Shown here in pieces: positions 48,910 to 58,243 of a stretch of DNA of 64,000 nt. Made by a program: the position numbers and the translations under genes. The notes under the pieces are model-generated. The model was given only the letters and a program-made list of their open reading frames with translations. It was not told the DNA's origin and did not search any database. The number at the start of each line of letters is the position of its first letter. Position 1 is the stretch's first letter. Origin of the DNA: Roseibacillus sp. (GTDB lineage: Bacteria; Verrucomicrobiota; Verrucomicrobiia; Verrucomicrobiales; Akkermansiaceae); contig JBPOGI010000006.1 of the NCBI GenBank assembly GCA_051251855.1, forward strand, positions 290,902 to 354,901, written 5' to 3'.

Positions 48910-49482
48910 CCAGGGCCAATCTTCCGATTTGGAAAGCTGCTTCGTTGCGGCTTCGGCCCAGCCTCGGTTGGCTGCGGAGAAGAGGGCTTCGCGTTCGGCG
49001 ACGGGGAGTTTGTCAGGAGTACGATTGCGGCTCGATTCCTCCATAAAGACGAGGGGGCAGCAGTTTGTGACGAAGTGTTCGGCGAAGAAATCGGAAGGGT
49101 CGGGATATTATTCAAAGAAAAGGCCCCAGAGGCGACGACCGGAGACTTCGGACTTTTGGCAGGCGAATCCTTCGATGAGGCGTTTGGGGTGTTCGTTGGC
49201 GGGCTTGGAGACGGCGGATTCAATTCCCATCCAGTCGCGAACGTGTTCGATTTAGCCAAAGGGGATTCCAGTCTGAGACATTCCCCAAGGACCTGAATTC
49301 ATGCCTAAGAAGAGCACGCGCTTTTTGGAATTACCGAATCGCTCCAGGTAGATGCGGTGGGGCTCCCACGCATAGTCGAGAGGATTGTAGACGTGGGTGA
49401 CGGGTTCTGCAAAAGTGAGTTTGTTGACCTCATCGCAGAGAGTCTTGGCGGCGGTGATGAGTTGGTCGGAGATGGAAGACAT
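48910..49482 (-). pseudogene. SMUG1-family uracil-DNA glycosylase pseudogene
   Basis: Same frame throughout but TAA stops at 49252-49254 and 49108-49110, GMNPGP>GMNSGP, and a ~50-codon internal deletion near 48975 that removes the HPSP motif. Confidence 0.9.
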
Positions 49483-49483
49483 G

Positions 49484-49879
49484 TCAGCGAAGCTTGAGTT
49501 TTTTGGCGAATGATTGGATGGCTTGCGCGGTGCGACGGGTGGCAGGGTAGCGGTTGCTTTTGAGATTAAATAGAGTGTCGGAGGAAATGCCTATTTTGGG
49601 TGCGAGCTTGTAACAGGAAAGGCCGGTTTGTTGGCAAATCGATTCAATCAAATCGGGGATTTCGGCGCGTTCATTCTCGACTTGGTAGCCGAGGAATTTT
49701 TCAATTTTAGGGATGCGGGAGAGGCGAGGTTCGACCAATCCACGCTCCCAATCGGACAAAATGTCGCATGAAATTCCGAGGAGGGTTGCGGTCTCTTTTT
49801 GCGTCCATCGGAGGGCTTGGCGTCTTTGTCGGAGGTGATGGCCGTAGATCGATGGCTTTCCGGGATGGCGCTCAAGCAT
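49484..49879 (-). CDS. Double-HTH (XRE-like) transcriptional regulator, intact copy
   Basis: GHHLRQRRQALRWTQKETATLLGISCDILSDWERG, plus second HTH GLSCYKLAPKIGISSDTLFNL; stop 1 nt before the SMUG1 ATG. Confidence 0.85.
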   Translation of the reverse strand: MLERHPGKPSIYGHHLRQRRQALRWTQKETATLLGISCDILSDWERGLVEPRLSRIPKIEKFLGYQVENERAEIPDLIESICQQTGLSCYKLAPKIGISSDTLFNLKSNRYPATRRTAQAIQSFAKKLKLR

Positions 49880-50061
49880 TGAAAATGAATGCTTCGAGTG
49901 GAATTGGCAAAAAGTGGCTGAATCAACCCAGAGAAATGAATGGGAGGAGGAAGGCGGTTCGACTCGAAAAAGCCTTCATTTTGGGGTTCAACAACTGTTC
50001 CCTAGCATAGCCTCAGGTGGAGAGATGCTTCTGATTTTCTAAGAAGATTTTGTAGAAGAAT

Positions 50062-50799
50062 CTACCTAGCAATGGCCTTCGTTAGTTCAATTTTAGATAA
50101 GCCTTTCGGCAGAGAAACGCCTGTTGCAAGAAGTTTGGCAAGGGCTCCGGTAAAGTAGGCGGCGGAAAAGCTGCAGCCAGTGAGTTGTGCGAAGTTGTGG
50201 TTGAGGGTTGGGACTTGCACCTCATTTCCGTCCACAAAATAGGACATGGGTCTTTTCGCGCATGCGATAGTGCTGGGGGTTTGGGGTGTTGTGTTCGAAA
50301 TCGAAAAAGCGGTTCGAAAGGAGGCGGGCCATTCGGGATAGTCTTCCTCTTCATCTGGAGAAGCGGCAACGACGTGTCGTCCAAGATCAAAAGCGTGGTC
50401 GATCCAAGATTTATAGAGAAGGCAGGTGTGGGGAGAGGCAGGCACTCCGAATGAGCAATTGAGAATGGTTGCTCCCTGGCTCAATGCGGCAAGGGCTCCT
50501 TGATGAATGATGCGGTGTCGATGCTGCCTCGGACCGTTGGTAAGAACTCGAATGGGCAACAAGGTCGCACTTGGGACGAGCCTATGGATAATTCCGGCTA
50601 CTGCCGTGCCGTGACCGATAAGGTCCTCGGGCTCTCGTTCGAACTCTTGAAAAGAGTCATCGAAATCAATTTGAGGTCTGAATTTGGCCCTCGAGAATAA
50701 GGGATGGGTGGCGTCAACACCGGTGTCGAGAATGGCGATCACGAGGTCCTCTTCTTGAGCAGAGTTGTTCGTGTTCTTATGGTCAATCGAGTCCGTCAT
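50062..50799 (-). CDS. S8 (subtilase) serine peptidase, compact, no signal peptide
   Basis: AILDTGVD (Asp), GHGTAVAG (His), LTGCSFSAA (Ser). Confidence 0.88.
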   Translation of the reverse strand: MTDSIDHKNTNNSAQEEDLVIAILDTGVDATHPLFSRAKFRPQIDFDDSFQEFEREPEDLIGHGTAVAGIIHRLVPSATLLPIRVLTNGPRQHRHRIIHQGALAALSQGATILNCSFGVPASPHTCLLYKSWIDHAFDLGRHVVAASPDEEEDYPEWPASFRTAFSISNTTPQTPSTIACAKRPMSYFVDGNEVQVPTLNHNFAQLTGCSFSAAYFTGALAKLLATGVSLPKGLSKIELTKAIAR

Positions 50800-50802
50800 A
50801 TC

Positions 50803-51234
50803 TCAATCGATTTGTAATTTTCGGGCGGCAGACTGCAATTCAGCGAGGGAACTCGAATCAAATTCGAGCGCCTGACTGCTCTCTTCGAAACAAGCGGCGG
50901 TGAGAACTCCTTCGAGTTCATCATCTTTGAAAATAGGAGCGGCCATGAGAGATTTCACTTTCTTTCCGGAGATAGAATCGAAGGTGGGATCGTGTTCTTG
51001 GTTGGCTGGAAGGTTGTTTTCAAGGAGGGGAAGTCCGGTGAGAAAGCATTGGCTGGTGAGTCCTTTCGAGATCGGTTGAAGAAAGTCTGCCTCCAAGGGA
51101 AGTGAGGTGCTGAGAGTTGCTACTAATGCATTGTTTTCCTCATCAAATAGCCACAGAATTAGGTTGTCTGCTTGGAGTGATTTCTCACAAAGATGCAGTT
51201 TGGCGAGAAGATGTGAACGGACTCCAGAGGTCAT
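50803..51234 (-). CDS. Stand-alone GAF domain protein
   Basis: LWLFDEENNALV...KGLTSQCFLTG...HDPTFDSISG..VKSLMAAPI...GVL; stop 3 nt before the peptidase ATG. Confidence 0.8.
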   Translation of the reverse strand: MTSGVRSHLLAKLHLCEKSLQADNLILWLFDEENNALVATLSTSLPLEADFLQPISKGLTSQCFLTGLPLLENNLPANQEHDPTFDSISGKKVKSLMAAPIFKDDELEGVLTAACFEESSQALEFDSSSLAELQSAARKLQID

Positions 51235-51320
51235 CTTTGCTCTAGATAGAGAGTCGAGTCTCGTAACGCGATGAAATTCAGTTGCGGTGTGCTCAAGGGT
51301 ATGGTGGTTTCGGTAGAGAG

Positions 51321-52031
51321 ATGAGCACCGACTTTTGTTCTGATTTGGATTTGGCAGAGTCTGCGATTGAAGGAGATCTTGTGGCCGGTCGACAGGTGGG
51401 TGAGCTGTTGCTTTCGGATAAGTTGAAGGCGATGTTGATCAATCGTGGTGCTTCCTCAGAGGAAGCGCAGGAGATTCAGTCCGAATTGGCGGCTGGTTGT
51501 TTTTCTGAGAGTCCTCAGCGTGGAATGCTTTTTGGATTGCTGGCGAAGTACTCTGGAAAAGCTCCTTTGGCGGCTTATCTCGGGCGAGTGGCTCTCAATC
51601 GTTTGATTAGTTTGAAGAGGCGAAAGACTCCCGAGATGGTCTCGGTGGATGAAGAGGATCCGGAGAAGCCTCCCGTGCAGCTTTCTGATAGTTCGGCATT
51701 GGAAGCGGAAGATGAGGTGATCGATTTGCTGAAGGAAGCGGTGAGAAACTCTCTGCGAAGAGTGAATCAGGAGAAGCTGGTTCTGCTTCGGTTGGTGCAG
51801 TCCTATCAGCTTTCGCAAAAGCGAGTGGGGGAGATGTGGGGGTGGAGTGAGTCTAAGATTTCGCGAAATTTGGGAGAGTTGGTGGTGAGTCTTCGAGACG
51901 AAATTATGGCTGAAGTTCACGGAAGGGACCCCTGGTTGGTGGTGGAGTGGGAGGATTTTGTCGCCCTTTGCGGGGAGTCGATTGACTTGTTTGACTATGA
52001 TGTGATGGCGGAAGGTGTGGCTGCGCCATAA
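51321..52031 (+). CDS. ECF-type RNA polymerase sigma factor
   Basis: Region 2-like YSGKAPLAAYLGRVALNRLISLKRR; region 4 HTH LSQKRVGEMWGWSESKISRNL; C-terminal extension. Confidence 0.8.
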   Translation: MSTDFCSDLDLAESAIEGDLVAGRQVGELLLSDKLKAMLINRGASSEEAQEIQSELAAGCFSESPQRGMLFGLLAKYSGKAPLAAYLGRVALNRLISLKRRKTPEMVSVDEEDPEKPPVQLSDSSALEAEDEVIDLLKEAVRNSLRRVNQEKLVLLRLVQSYQLSQKRVGEMWGWSESKISRNLGELVVSLRDEIMAEVHGRDPWLVVEWEDFVALCGESIDLFDYDVMAEGVAAP

Positions 52032-52045
52032 GTTTCGAGATTTTT

Positions 52046-52071
52046 TGCAAGACTGAGAGAAGAAAGCGTCA
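52046..52071 (+). promoter_or_regulatory. Putative ECF promoter copy 1 (TGCAAGA-N13-GCGTCA)
   Basis: TGCAAGA ctgagagaagaaa GCGTCA, 10 nt before ATG 52082. Confidence 0.75.
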
Positions 52072-52081
52072 ACAAGGGAAG

Positions 52082-52312
52082 ATGAGTGCAGTTACAATAG
52101 GAAACGACGAGTTTGACCTTCTGGAATCCTTTCTCGGTCTTTTTGGAAAAGAGGTCCAGGCGCATGGACGCGAGGAGTTGTCGGAAGCTGACAAGGAGCG
52201 ACTTCGGCAGTTGGCAGCAGGTCAGTTGGCCAAAGAGGAGCGCAGTGCTTTGGTGCCGCTATTAGCGAGCAACGAGTCGGCAATGGAATTTCTAGTGAAG
52301 GAAGCGGGATGA
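52082..52312 (+). CDS. Small acidic helical protein (possible soluble anti-sigma-like partner)
   Basis: 76-aa ORF directly after the sigma gene; L..LAAGQL...ER..L..LL pattern reminiscent of anti-sigma N-terminal helices. Function inferred. Confidence 0.65.
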   Translation: MSAVTIGNDEFDLLESFLGLFGKEVQAHGREELSEADKERLRQLAAGQLAKEERSALVPLLASNESAMEFLVKEAG

Positions 52313-52427
52313 CCTTCTGTTGCGCTCAATGGGCTTCTTCACGACGATTCCAAGCCGGAATCCGAGTAGAGTCCTATCGGGCAGCGAGACGAGTTCGTCT
52401 TGATGATAATTTTTTTGGAAGCAATAA

Positions 52428-55400
52428 ATGAAGGCGTTTTTTTCATTGGGAATTCTATTTTTGACCGCGCTCCATGCGCTAGGACAGCAGGCGGAGATTC
52501 TTGAGGTTGAGAACTCGGTTCAGTCAGCGAAGGCTGGGAAACGCAGCTGGAGCCGTGCGACTACGGGCCAGCAACTGGCGGTGAAGGATCGGGTGCAGAC
52601 TCTTTTCGATAGCCGGGCGATGGTTCGGGTAAGTGAGCTCTACACCATGCGCATGGATGAATTCACCACGGTGGAAATCACTCCTCGGCTGACGGGGAGC
52701 ACCAAGCCGACTCTGAATGTGGCGCGAGGGATTACTTTTATCTTTAGTCGAGAAGAGGAAGGGGAGATCGATGTTACGACGCCGACTGCGAATGCGGCTC
52801 TCAAGGGCACTCAGCTGGTGGTGGAGGTCAGTGAGGGTGGCAAGACGACGATTTCGGTGATTGAAGGGAGGGTGGACCTTTCCAACGAGTTTGGAGCGGT
52901 GGAGCTGATGGCTGGGGAGGCGGGCGAAGCCGAGAAAGGAAAGGCTCCTCGCAAGACGGCGGTGATTGAAGCGAGGAATTTGGTGCAATGGGCGCTCTAC
53001 TATCCGGGAATTCTGGATGCGAATACATTGGGGTTGGATGGGAAAGGGAGCTTGGCTGGCTCCTTGGCAGCCTATCGTCAGGGAGATGTTTTAGGAGCGT
53101 TGGAGCGCTTACCGAAGCAAGGAGGCGGGGGTGTGGGTGAGAAATTGTTTCGAGCGCAAGTGTTGCTGGCGGTGGGACGAGTTGATGACTCTACGCGACT
53201 TTTGCAAACTGTTCCTCATGAGGATTCGAGGCGTCAGGCTTTGGAGCGCTTGATTGAGGCGGTGACCTTTGTTCCTGAGAAACAGGGGAAGGGAGAGGAA
53301 CTGAGAGTCAATCTGCGATTGGGTTGGGATTCGGCGCAAGCAGAACTGGCCTTGGCGGAAAGTTATTATCAACAAGCACGACATCAATTGAAGGAGGCTC
53401 GGGCGCAGGCTCGTCTGGCAATCCAGTTGGCTCCTGACCATGGCTTTGCCTGGGCCCGGTTGGCGGAGCTGGAGTTTTCCTTCGGGGAGAATGGAAAGGC
53501 AGAGAATGCTCTGAATCAAGCGCTGAAACTAACTCCTCGCAATCCGCAAGCGCATGCCTTGCAAGGTTTCATTTTCGCGGGTCGCAATAAACTGGAGCTT
53601 GCGGAGGCCTCTTTCGAGACCGCCCTGAGCATCGATGGCGCCTTGGGGAACGCTTGGTTGGGGCGCGGGCTGGTTAAGATTCGAAGAGGAAATTTAGAGG
53701 AGGGACGGAAGGATTTGCAATCGGCTGCTACGGTGGAGCCGACGCGAGCGATTTTTCATAGCTACTTGGGAAAAGCTTTTGGCGAGGAAGGGGAGCGGAA
53801 GTTGTCAGGCAAAGATTTTGCGCTTGCGAGTCGTCTCGACCCCCTTGACCCCACTCCTTGGCTCTACTCGGCAATTGGGCATCAGAAGAGAAACCAGCTG
53901 AATCGAGCCATTGATGATTTGAGTCAGTCTGTTCGGCTGAATGACAATCGTCGGGTGTATCGATCGCAGCTTTTACTCGACCAGGATCGGGCGGTGCGAA
54001 GCGCCAACTTGGCGACGATGTATCAGAATGCGGGAATGGACTTGGTGGCGGTGCGCGAGGCGACTCGGGCTGTAGAAGCGGACTATACCAGCGCATCAGC
54101 GCACTTGTTCTTGGCAAATTCCTTTGATGCTTTGCGTGACCCGAGGAGGGTGTCCCTTCGCTATGAGACTCCTTGGTTCAATGAGTTGCTCTTGGCGAAT
54201 CTCTTCTCGCCTGTGGGCGGGGGACCTCTTTCGCAATTTGTTTCTCAGCAGGAATACTCCAAGATGTTTCATGCCGATGGCTTGGGGGCAAGTGTTCAGG
54301 GAGAATGGCGCAGTGATGAGGAGATGTTCACGACCGCTTCCGCTTTCGGATCTCATCGCAATTTTGAGTTCGGTATTGATGTCAATTATCGGCAGGCGGA
54401 TGGCAATCGCGTAAACAATCAGTCTGATTTGTTAGAGATTTATGCGCAGGCTAAGTGGCAGGCCACTCCCGATGATATTGTTTACTTTCTTGGTAAGTGG
54501 CAGGAGCAGTCGTCGGGCGATAATTTTCAGACCTTCGATAATCGTCCTCTCGAACCTCTGGTCGATTTCGATGAAAACCAGCGGCCTGGCTTGTTGATGG
54601 CGGGATGGAATCATCGTTGGAAGCCGGGAGTTCATACTTTGTTCTTAGGGGGAAGATTGAGTGCGGAGCAGACTTTGACTAATCCGCAGTCGGAGCAGCT
54701 CAAGGTGGTTCGCTCTCCTTCTCAGCTCGTTCCAGGATTTGTCGACCTTGTGGGAGGGAGTCTTCAGTTCACCGATCCTGCTCTGAATGCAGAAGTGCAG
54801 AATGCGATTGCGAGTGGCGGACCTGTCCCTGGTCAGATTGGAACGGACGGGACTTCGCTTCACCTTTCGCCAACTCTCCTCAATGCGGTGGAGCCGTTCC
54901 TTGGTTCCGGCAGTATCAGCGGGATATCGAGCACCGGTGCTCCGGGTGATCTCTCCTCCTTTGACCTTGTCACTCAGCGTGAGTTCGAAATTTACAGCGC
55001 GGATCTGCAGCAGGTTTTTCAGACAGAGCGCAGTACCCTCTTGATTGGGGGGCGGGCTCAGGGAGGGGAAATTCGGGCACGCAGTCAGCTTGTCTACAAT
55101 CGTCCAGTGGGCGATTTGGATGGCTTTGGGAATCCGGCTTCGACAGAGGAATACAGCTATGATTTCATGCGGTTCAATGCCTACGCTTATGACTACTGGA
55201 AGGTGTTGGATAGTCTCACCTTGTTAGGGGGCGTCTCGTGGGATTGGATTCAAAGTCCGGAAAATTTTCGGAATCCGCCTCTCTCGCCGGATACTCAGAT
55301 TGATCAACGTTTGTCCGGTAAGGCAGGCTTCACCTATTCTCCTTCCTCTTGGATCACGGCACGAGGAATGTTTTCGGAAGGCTTGGGCGGAGTGACCTTC

Positions 55401-56129
55401 GACGAGAGTGTGCGCTTGGAGCCGGTCCAAATTGCGGGATTCAACCAGTCCTTTCGCACCGCTTTGTCAGAATCGATCGCGGGTTCAGTGGAGACGCCGG
55501 AGTTCACCACGTGGGGATTCAGCTTGGAGGGAACCCTGCCGACTCGAACCTGGTGGGGGGTGTCTGCCAGCGGAATTTCACAGGATGTCGAGAGGGAGCG
55601 AGGCATCTTCACGGGATATACCATTCCAGTTCTCTTTGATTTGTTGCCGGTTTTCTTTCCGGATACCACGCGGGAATTACTTGAATATGAGGAATTGCAG
55701 CTCAGCGCGACTTTGAATCAATTGATGGGTGATGAGTGGGCGTTGGGGGCGAGATATCGTCTCACTCGATCTGAGCTTTCCTCCAGTCTGCCTGATTTGG
55801 GTTTGAGCTCATCTGAGGAAGCGCTTCTGCACGAAGTCTCCTTGTTTGCAGATTGGAACTCGCCAACAGGGCTCTTTGCCCGGGTGCAGGGGGACTGGTA
55901 TGCGCAATCATTGGATGGGGTAAATGATTCATCGGGTGCGGCTCGCGAGAGTGATCCGTTTTTCCAGTTCAATGCCAGCCTCGGCTATCGCTTTGCAGAC
56001 AACCAAGGAGAGGTCAGCCTTTCGGCGTTAAATCTCTTCGATCAAGATTATGAGCTCTATCCTTTGAGTCCCTATTTGGAGCTTCCACGCGAACGCACCT
56101 TTGTCGTTCGTTGTCGCTGGAATTTCTGA
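52428..56129 (+). CDS. FecR-domain + TPR + outer-membrane beta-barrel (TonB-dependent receptor-like) protein
   Basis: Signal peptide; FecR-like DRVQT...SRA...VTTPTANAALKGT...VIEGRV; many TPRs (AWARLAELEF, AWLGRGLVKI); amphipathic strands ending RTFVVRCRWNF. Confidence 0.85.
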   Translation: MKAFFSLGILFLTALHALGQQAEILEVENSVQSAKAGKRSWSRATTGQQLAVKDRVQTLFDSRAMVRVSELYTMRMDEFTTVEITPRLTGSTKPTLNVARGITFIFSREEEGEIDVTTPTANAALKGTQLVVEVSEGGKTTISVIEGRVDLSNEFGAVELMAGEAGEAEKGKAPRKTAVIEARNLVQWALYYPGILDANTLGLDGKGSLAGSLAAYRQGDVLGALERLPKQGGGGVGEKLFRAQVLLAVGRVDDSTRLLQTVPHEDSRRQALERLIEAVTFVPEKQGKGEELRVNLRLGWDSAQAELALAESYYQQARHQLKEARAQARLAIQLAPDHGFAWARLAELEFSFGENGKAENALNQALKLTPRNPQAHALQGFIFAGRNKLELAEASFETALSIDGALGNAWLGRGLVKIRRGNLEEGRKDLQSAATVEPTRAIFHSYLGKAFGEEGERKLSGKDFALASRLDPLDPTPWLYSAIGHQKRNQLNRAIDDLSQSVRLNDNRRVYRSQLLLDQDRAVRSANLATMYQNAGMDLVAVREATRAVEADYTSASAHLFLANSFDALRDPRRVSLRYETPWFNELLLANLFSPVGGGPLSQFVSQQEYSKMFHADGLGASVQGEWRSDEEMFTTASAFGSHRNFEFGIDVNYRQADGNRVNNQSDLLEIYAQAKWQATPDDIVYFLGKWQEQSSGDNFQTFDNRPLEPLVDFDENQRPGLLMAGWNHRWKPGVHTLFLGGRLSAEQTLTNPQSEQLKVVRSPSQLVPGFVDLVGGSLQFTDPALNAEVQNAIASGGPVPGQIGTDGTSLHLSPTLLNAVEPFLGSGSISGISSTGAPGDLSSFDLVTQREFEIYSADLQQVFQTERSTLLIGGRAQGGEIRARSQLVYNRPVGDLDGFGNPASTEEYSYDFMRFNAYAYDYWKVLDSLTLLGGVSWDWIQSPENFRNPPLSPDTQIDQRLSGKAGFTYSPSSWITARGMFSEGLGGVTFDESVRLEPVQIAGFNQSFRTALSESIAGSVETPEFTTWGFSLEGTLPTRTWWGVSASGISQDVERERGIFTGYTIPVLFDLLPVFFPDTTRELLEYEELQLSATLNQLMGDEWALGARYRLTRSELSSSLPDLGLSSSEEALLHEVSLFADWNSPTGLFARVQGDWYAQSLDGVNDSSGAARESDPFFQFNASLGYRFADNQGEVSLSALNLFDQDYELYPLSPYLELPRERTFVVRCRWNF

Positions 56130-56138
56130 TAGGACAGT

Positions 56139-58169
56139 ATGAAGGTGAGTGAGAAAGGAATCCGAAGAGCGAGCGCGATTTTTGGAATCGTGCTGACTTT
56201 GGTCGCTGGCTGGTTGGGGCTTTCCCGAGTGGGTCCTTTTGTCAGTTTGAGCTATGACTTGCCATTTGCGATTCATCGGGCGGCACCTTCACCGGATGTT
56301 TGTTTGGTCTATGTTACTGATCATCAGGATGGCACTTTGAGCCGTGAGATTCAGCCTGATTTGTTAGAGGCTTTGAATCGGGCAGGAGCGAAGGCCGTTG
56401 CCTACGATATCGTGTTTGAGCAAGAGGTCCCGCACGTCGATCCTGAGTTTGCGATGGCGATTCGGAAGTTTAGAGGAGTTGATGAGGAGGGAGAAGGGGT
56501 GGATGGCGCTCGCCAAAGGGAGGTCTTTTTGGCGTTCAGTCAGGTTTCATCAAGTGGAGATGGATTCGATGCCTCGATTCTTACTCGTCCTAATAATGAA
56601 CTCTACGAAGCGGTGGGCCATCATTCTCCGGTGGTGGTTTCTTATCAGGACGACAAGTATGTTGCGCGTAGAATTACTACCGAATTTGGAGATTGGCCTA
56701 CCCTTTGTTGGTCGGTGGCCTCCAGCTTCCGACGAGAGTTAAGCAATGAAGAGCCGAAGTTGGGCTTGTGGCTGAATTATCCGGGGCCTTCTCGTTCGCT
56801 TGGGAGTGAGAATGCAGGGGTGAAGATACCATGGTATCCAGCGGATGCGGTCGTTTCGGGGGGAGTGAAGCCTGCTGCCTTTAAGGATAAAATTGTCTTT
56901 GTTGGGGGAGCATTGGAAGGAGTTGATGAGGCGCTGGGGCGGGACCAGTTCATGACTCCCTATCACCGCATTTCCAAACGTTCTCCTTATATGAGTGGGG
57001 TGGAGCTGCAGGCTCTGATGACGTCCAATCTATTGGCGGGAAATGGGCTTAAGAAATCATCCCGCAAGGAGGAATCATGGGTTTTGGTGGGCTTCGGGAT
57101 TTTGGTGGCCTTGCTGATGGTCAGGCTCCGTCCCGCGTATGGTGTTGTGGCCTCGGTGGTGCTCTGTGCTTTGGTCTTTGGAGTGGGAGTGGCGACGATG
57201 AGTTTTGGTGGTTTTTGGGTTCCGTGGGCGGTGTTGGCATTGGTGCAAGTGCCGACGGCATTGCTGTGGGGGACGGGTTCGCACTTCTATATTGAACGTC
57301 TTTTCCGCGCGCGTTTGGAAGAAGAGAAGCGGGTGATGCGGGAAGCTTTTCAGAGGTATGTTTCGCCGCCGATGTTAGACCAGCTCACGGAGTCGGGTTT
57401 CTCAACCCCTTTGGGAGGAGAGAAGCGTGAGGTAGCGGTCATGTTTACCGACATCGCGGACTTCACCAAGAATTGCGAGCGGGTGGGTGACCCGGAGAAA
57501 GTCGTGGCCTCTCTCAACGAGTATTTTGAGCGGACGACGAAGGAGATCTTTGATTGTGATGGGGTGGTTATCAAGTTCATCGGGGACGCAATTGTGGCCG
57601 GATGGGGGGCTCCGGTAGATGACCCAGCAGCCGCGCGCAATGCCGCGAAGGCAGCCTGGGGATTGTTTGAAAATTCGGAACTTGAGATGGAGGGGGTGAA
57701 GCTGAAAACGCGAGTAGGAATTCACTTCGGCGAAGTGCTGGCGGGGAACATCGGGAGCAGTCAGCACATCGACTACACCTACATCGGAGACGCGGTGAAT
57801 CTGGCGGCTCGCTTGGAGAGCCTGAATAAGCAGCTGGGAACGAATATTTTGCTGAGCGAGGAAGTCGCTTCCCAATTGGGTGACGAGTTCGTGCTGCGGC
57901 GAGTGGGCAATTTTCAGGTGAAAGGGCGCAGCGAGCCTACAGGGGTATATGAGTTGTTGGGGCTAGTCTCTTCAGAGAAACAAGAAGAGTGGATTGAGGC
58001 CTATGAGAGAGGACTAGAGAGTTTTGAAGAGGGGGACTTGGAGGCTGCCCTGGATTCGTTCAAGGCTGTCGAAGGGCTGAGATCATTCAGTGATGGTCCA
58101 TCCCAGTTGCTAGTGAAAACAATTGAACAAGGAACAACGAACGGAATCATTGTGATGACCGAAAAATGA
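56139..58169 (+). CDS. CHASE2-domain class III adenylate/guanylate cyclase
   Basis: CHASE2 motifs AGAKAVAYDIVF, FKDKIVFVG, MSGVELQA; three TMs; cyclase VMFTDIADFT, KFIGDAI, YTYIGDAVNLAARLE. Confidence 0.93.
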   Translation: MKVSEKGIRRASAIFGIVLTLVAGWLGLSRVGPFVSLSYDLPFAIHRAAPSPDVCLVYVTDHQDGTLSREIQPDLLEALNRAGAKAVAYDIVFEQEVPHVDPEFAMAIRKFRGVDEEGEGVDGARQREVFLAFSQVSSSGDGFDASILTRPNNELYEAVGHHSPVVVSYQDDKYVARRITTEFGDWPTLCWSVASSFRRELSNEEPKLGLWLNYPGPSRSLGSENAGVKIPWYPADAVVSGGVKPAAFKDKIVFVGGALEGVDEALGRDQFMTPYHRISKRSPYMSGVELQALMTSNLLAGNGLKKSSRKEESWVLVGFGILVALLMVRLRPAYGVVASVVLCALVFGVGVATMSFGGFWVPWAVLALVQVPTALLWGTGSHFYIERLFRARLEEEKRVMREAFQRYVSPPMLDQLTESGFSTPLGGEKREVAVMFTDIADFTKNCERVGDPEKVVASLNEYFERTTKEIFDCDGVVIKFIGDAIVAGWGAPVDDPAAARNAAKAAWGLFENSELEMEGVKLKTRVGIHFGEVLAGNIGSSQHIDYTYIGDAVNLAARLESLNKQLGTNILLSEEVASQLGDEFVLRRVGNFQVKGRSEPTGVYELLGLVSSEKQEEWIEAYERGLESFEEGDLEAALDSFKAVEGLRSFSDGPSQLLVKTIEQGTTNGIIVMTEK

Positions 58170-58194
58170 ATTTGGCTGAGATTGATCTTTTCTT

Positions 58195-58220
58195 TGCAAG
58201 AAGGACGAGTTGTTGCGTCA
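58195..58220 (+). promoter_or_regulatory. Putative ECF promoter copy 2 (TGCAAGA-N13-GCGTCA)
   Basis: TGCAAGA aggacgagttgtt GCGTCA in the gap before the 58244 gene. Confidence 0.75.
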
Positions 58221-58243
58221 CAGTAGAAAATAAGTAGAATGAA

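Noticed and set aside
49484..50799. HTH plus S8 peptidase as a toxin-antitoxin or AAA-ATPase/subtilase defence module
   Set aside because: No ATPase partner is present; the HTH belongs to the duplicated SMUG1 cassette and the S8 gene is coupled to the GAF gene instead.
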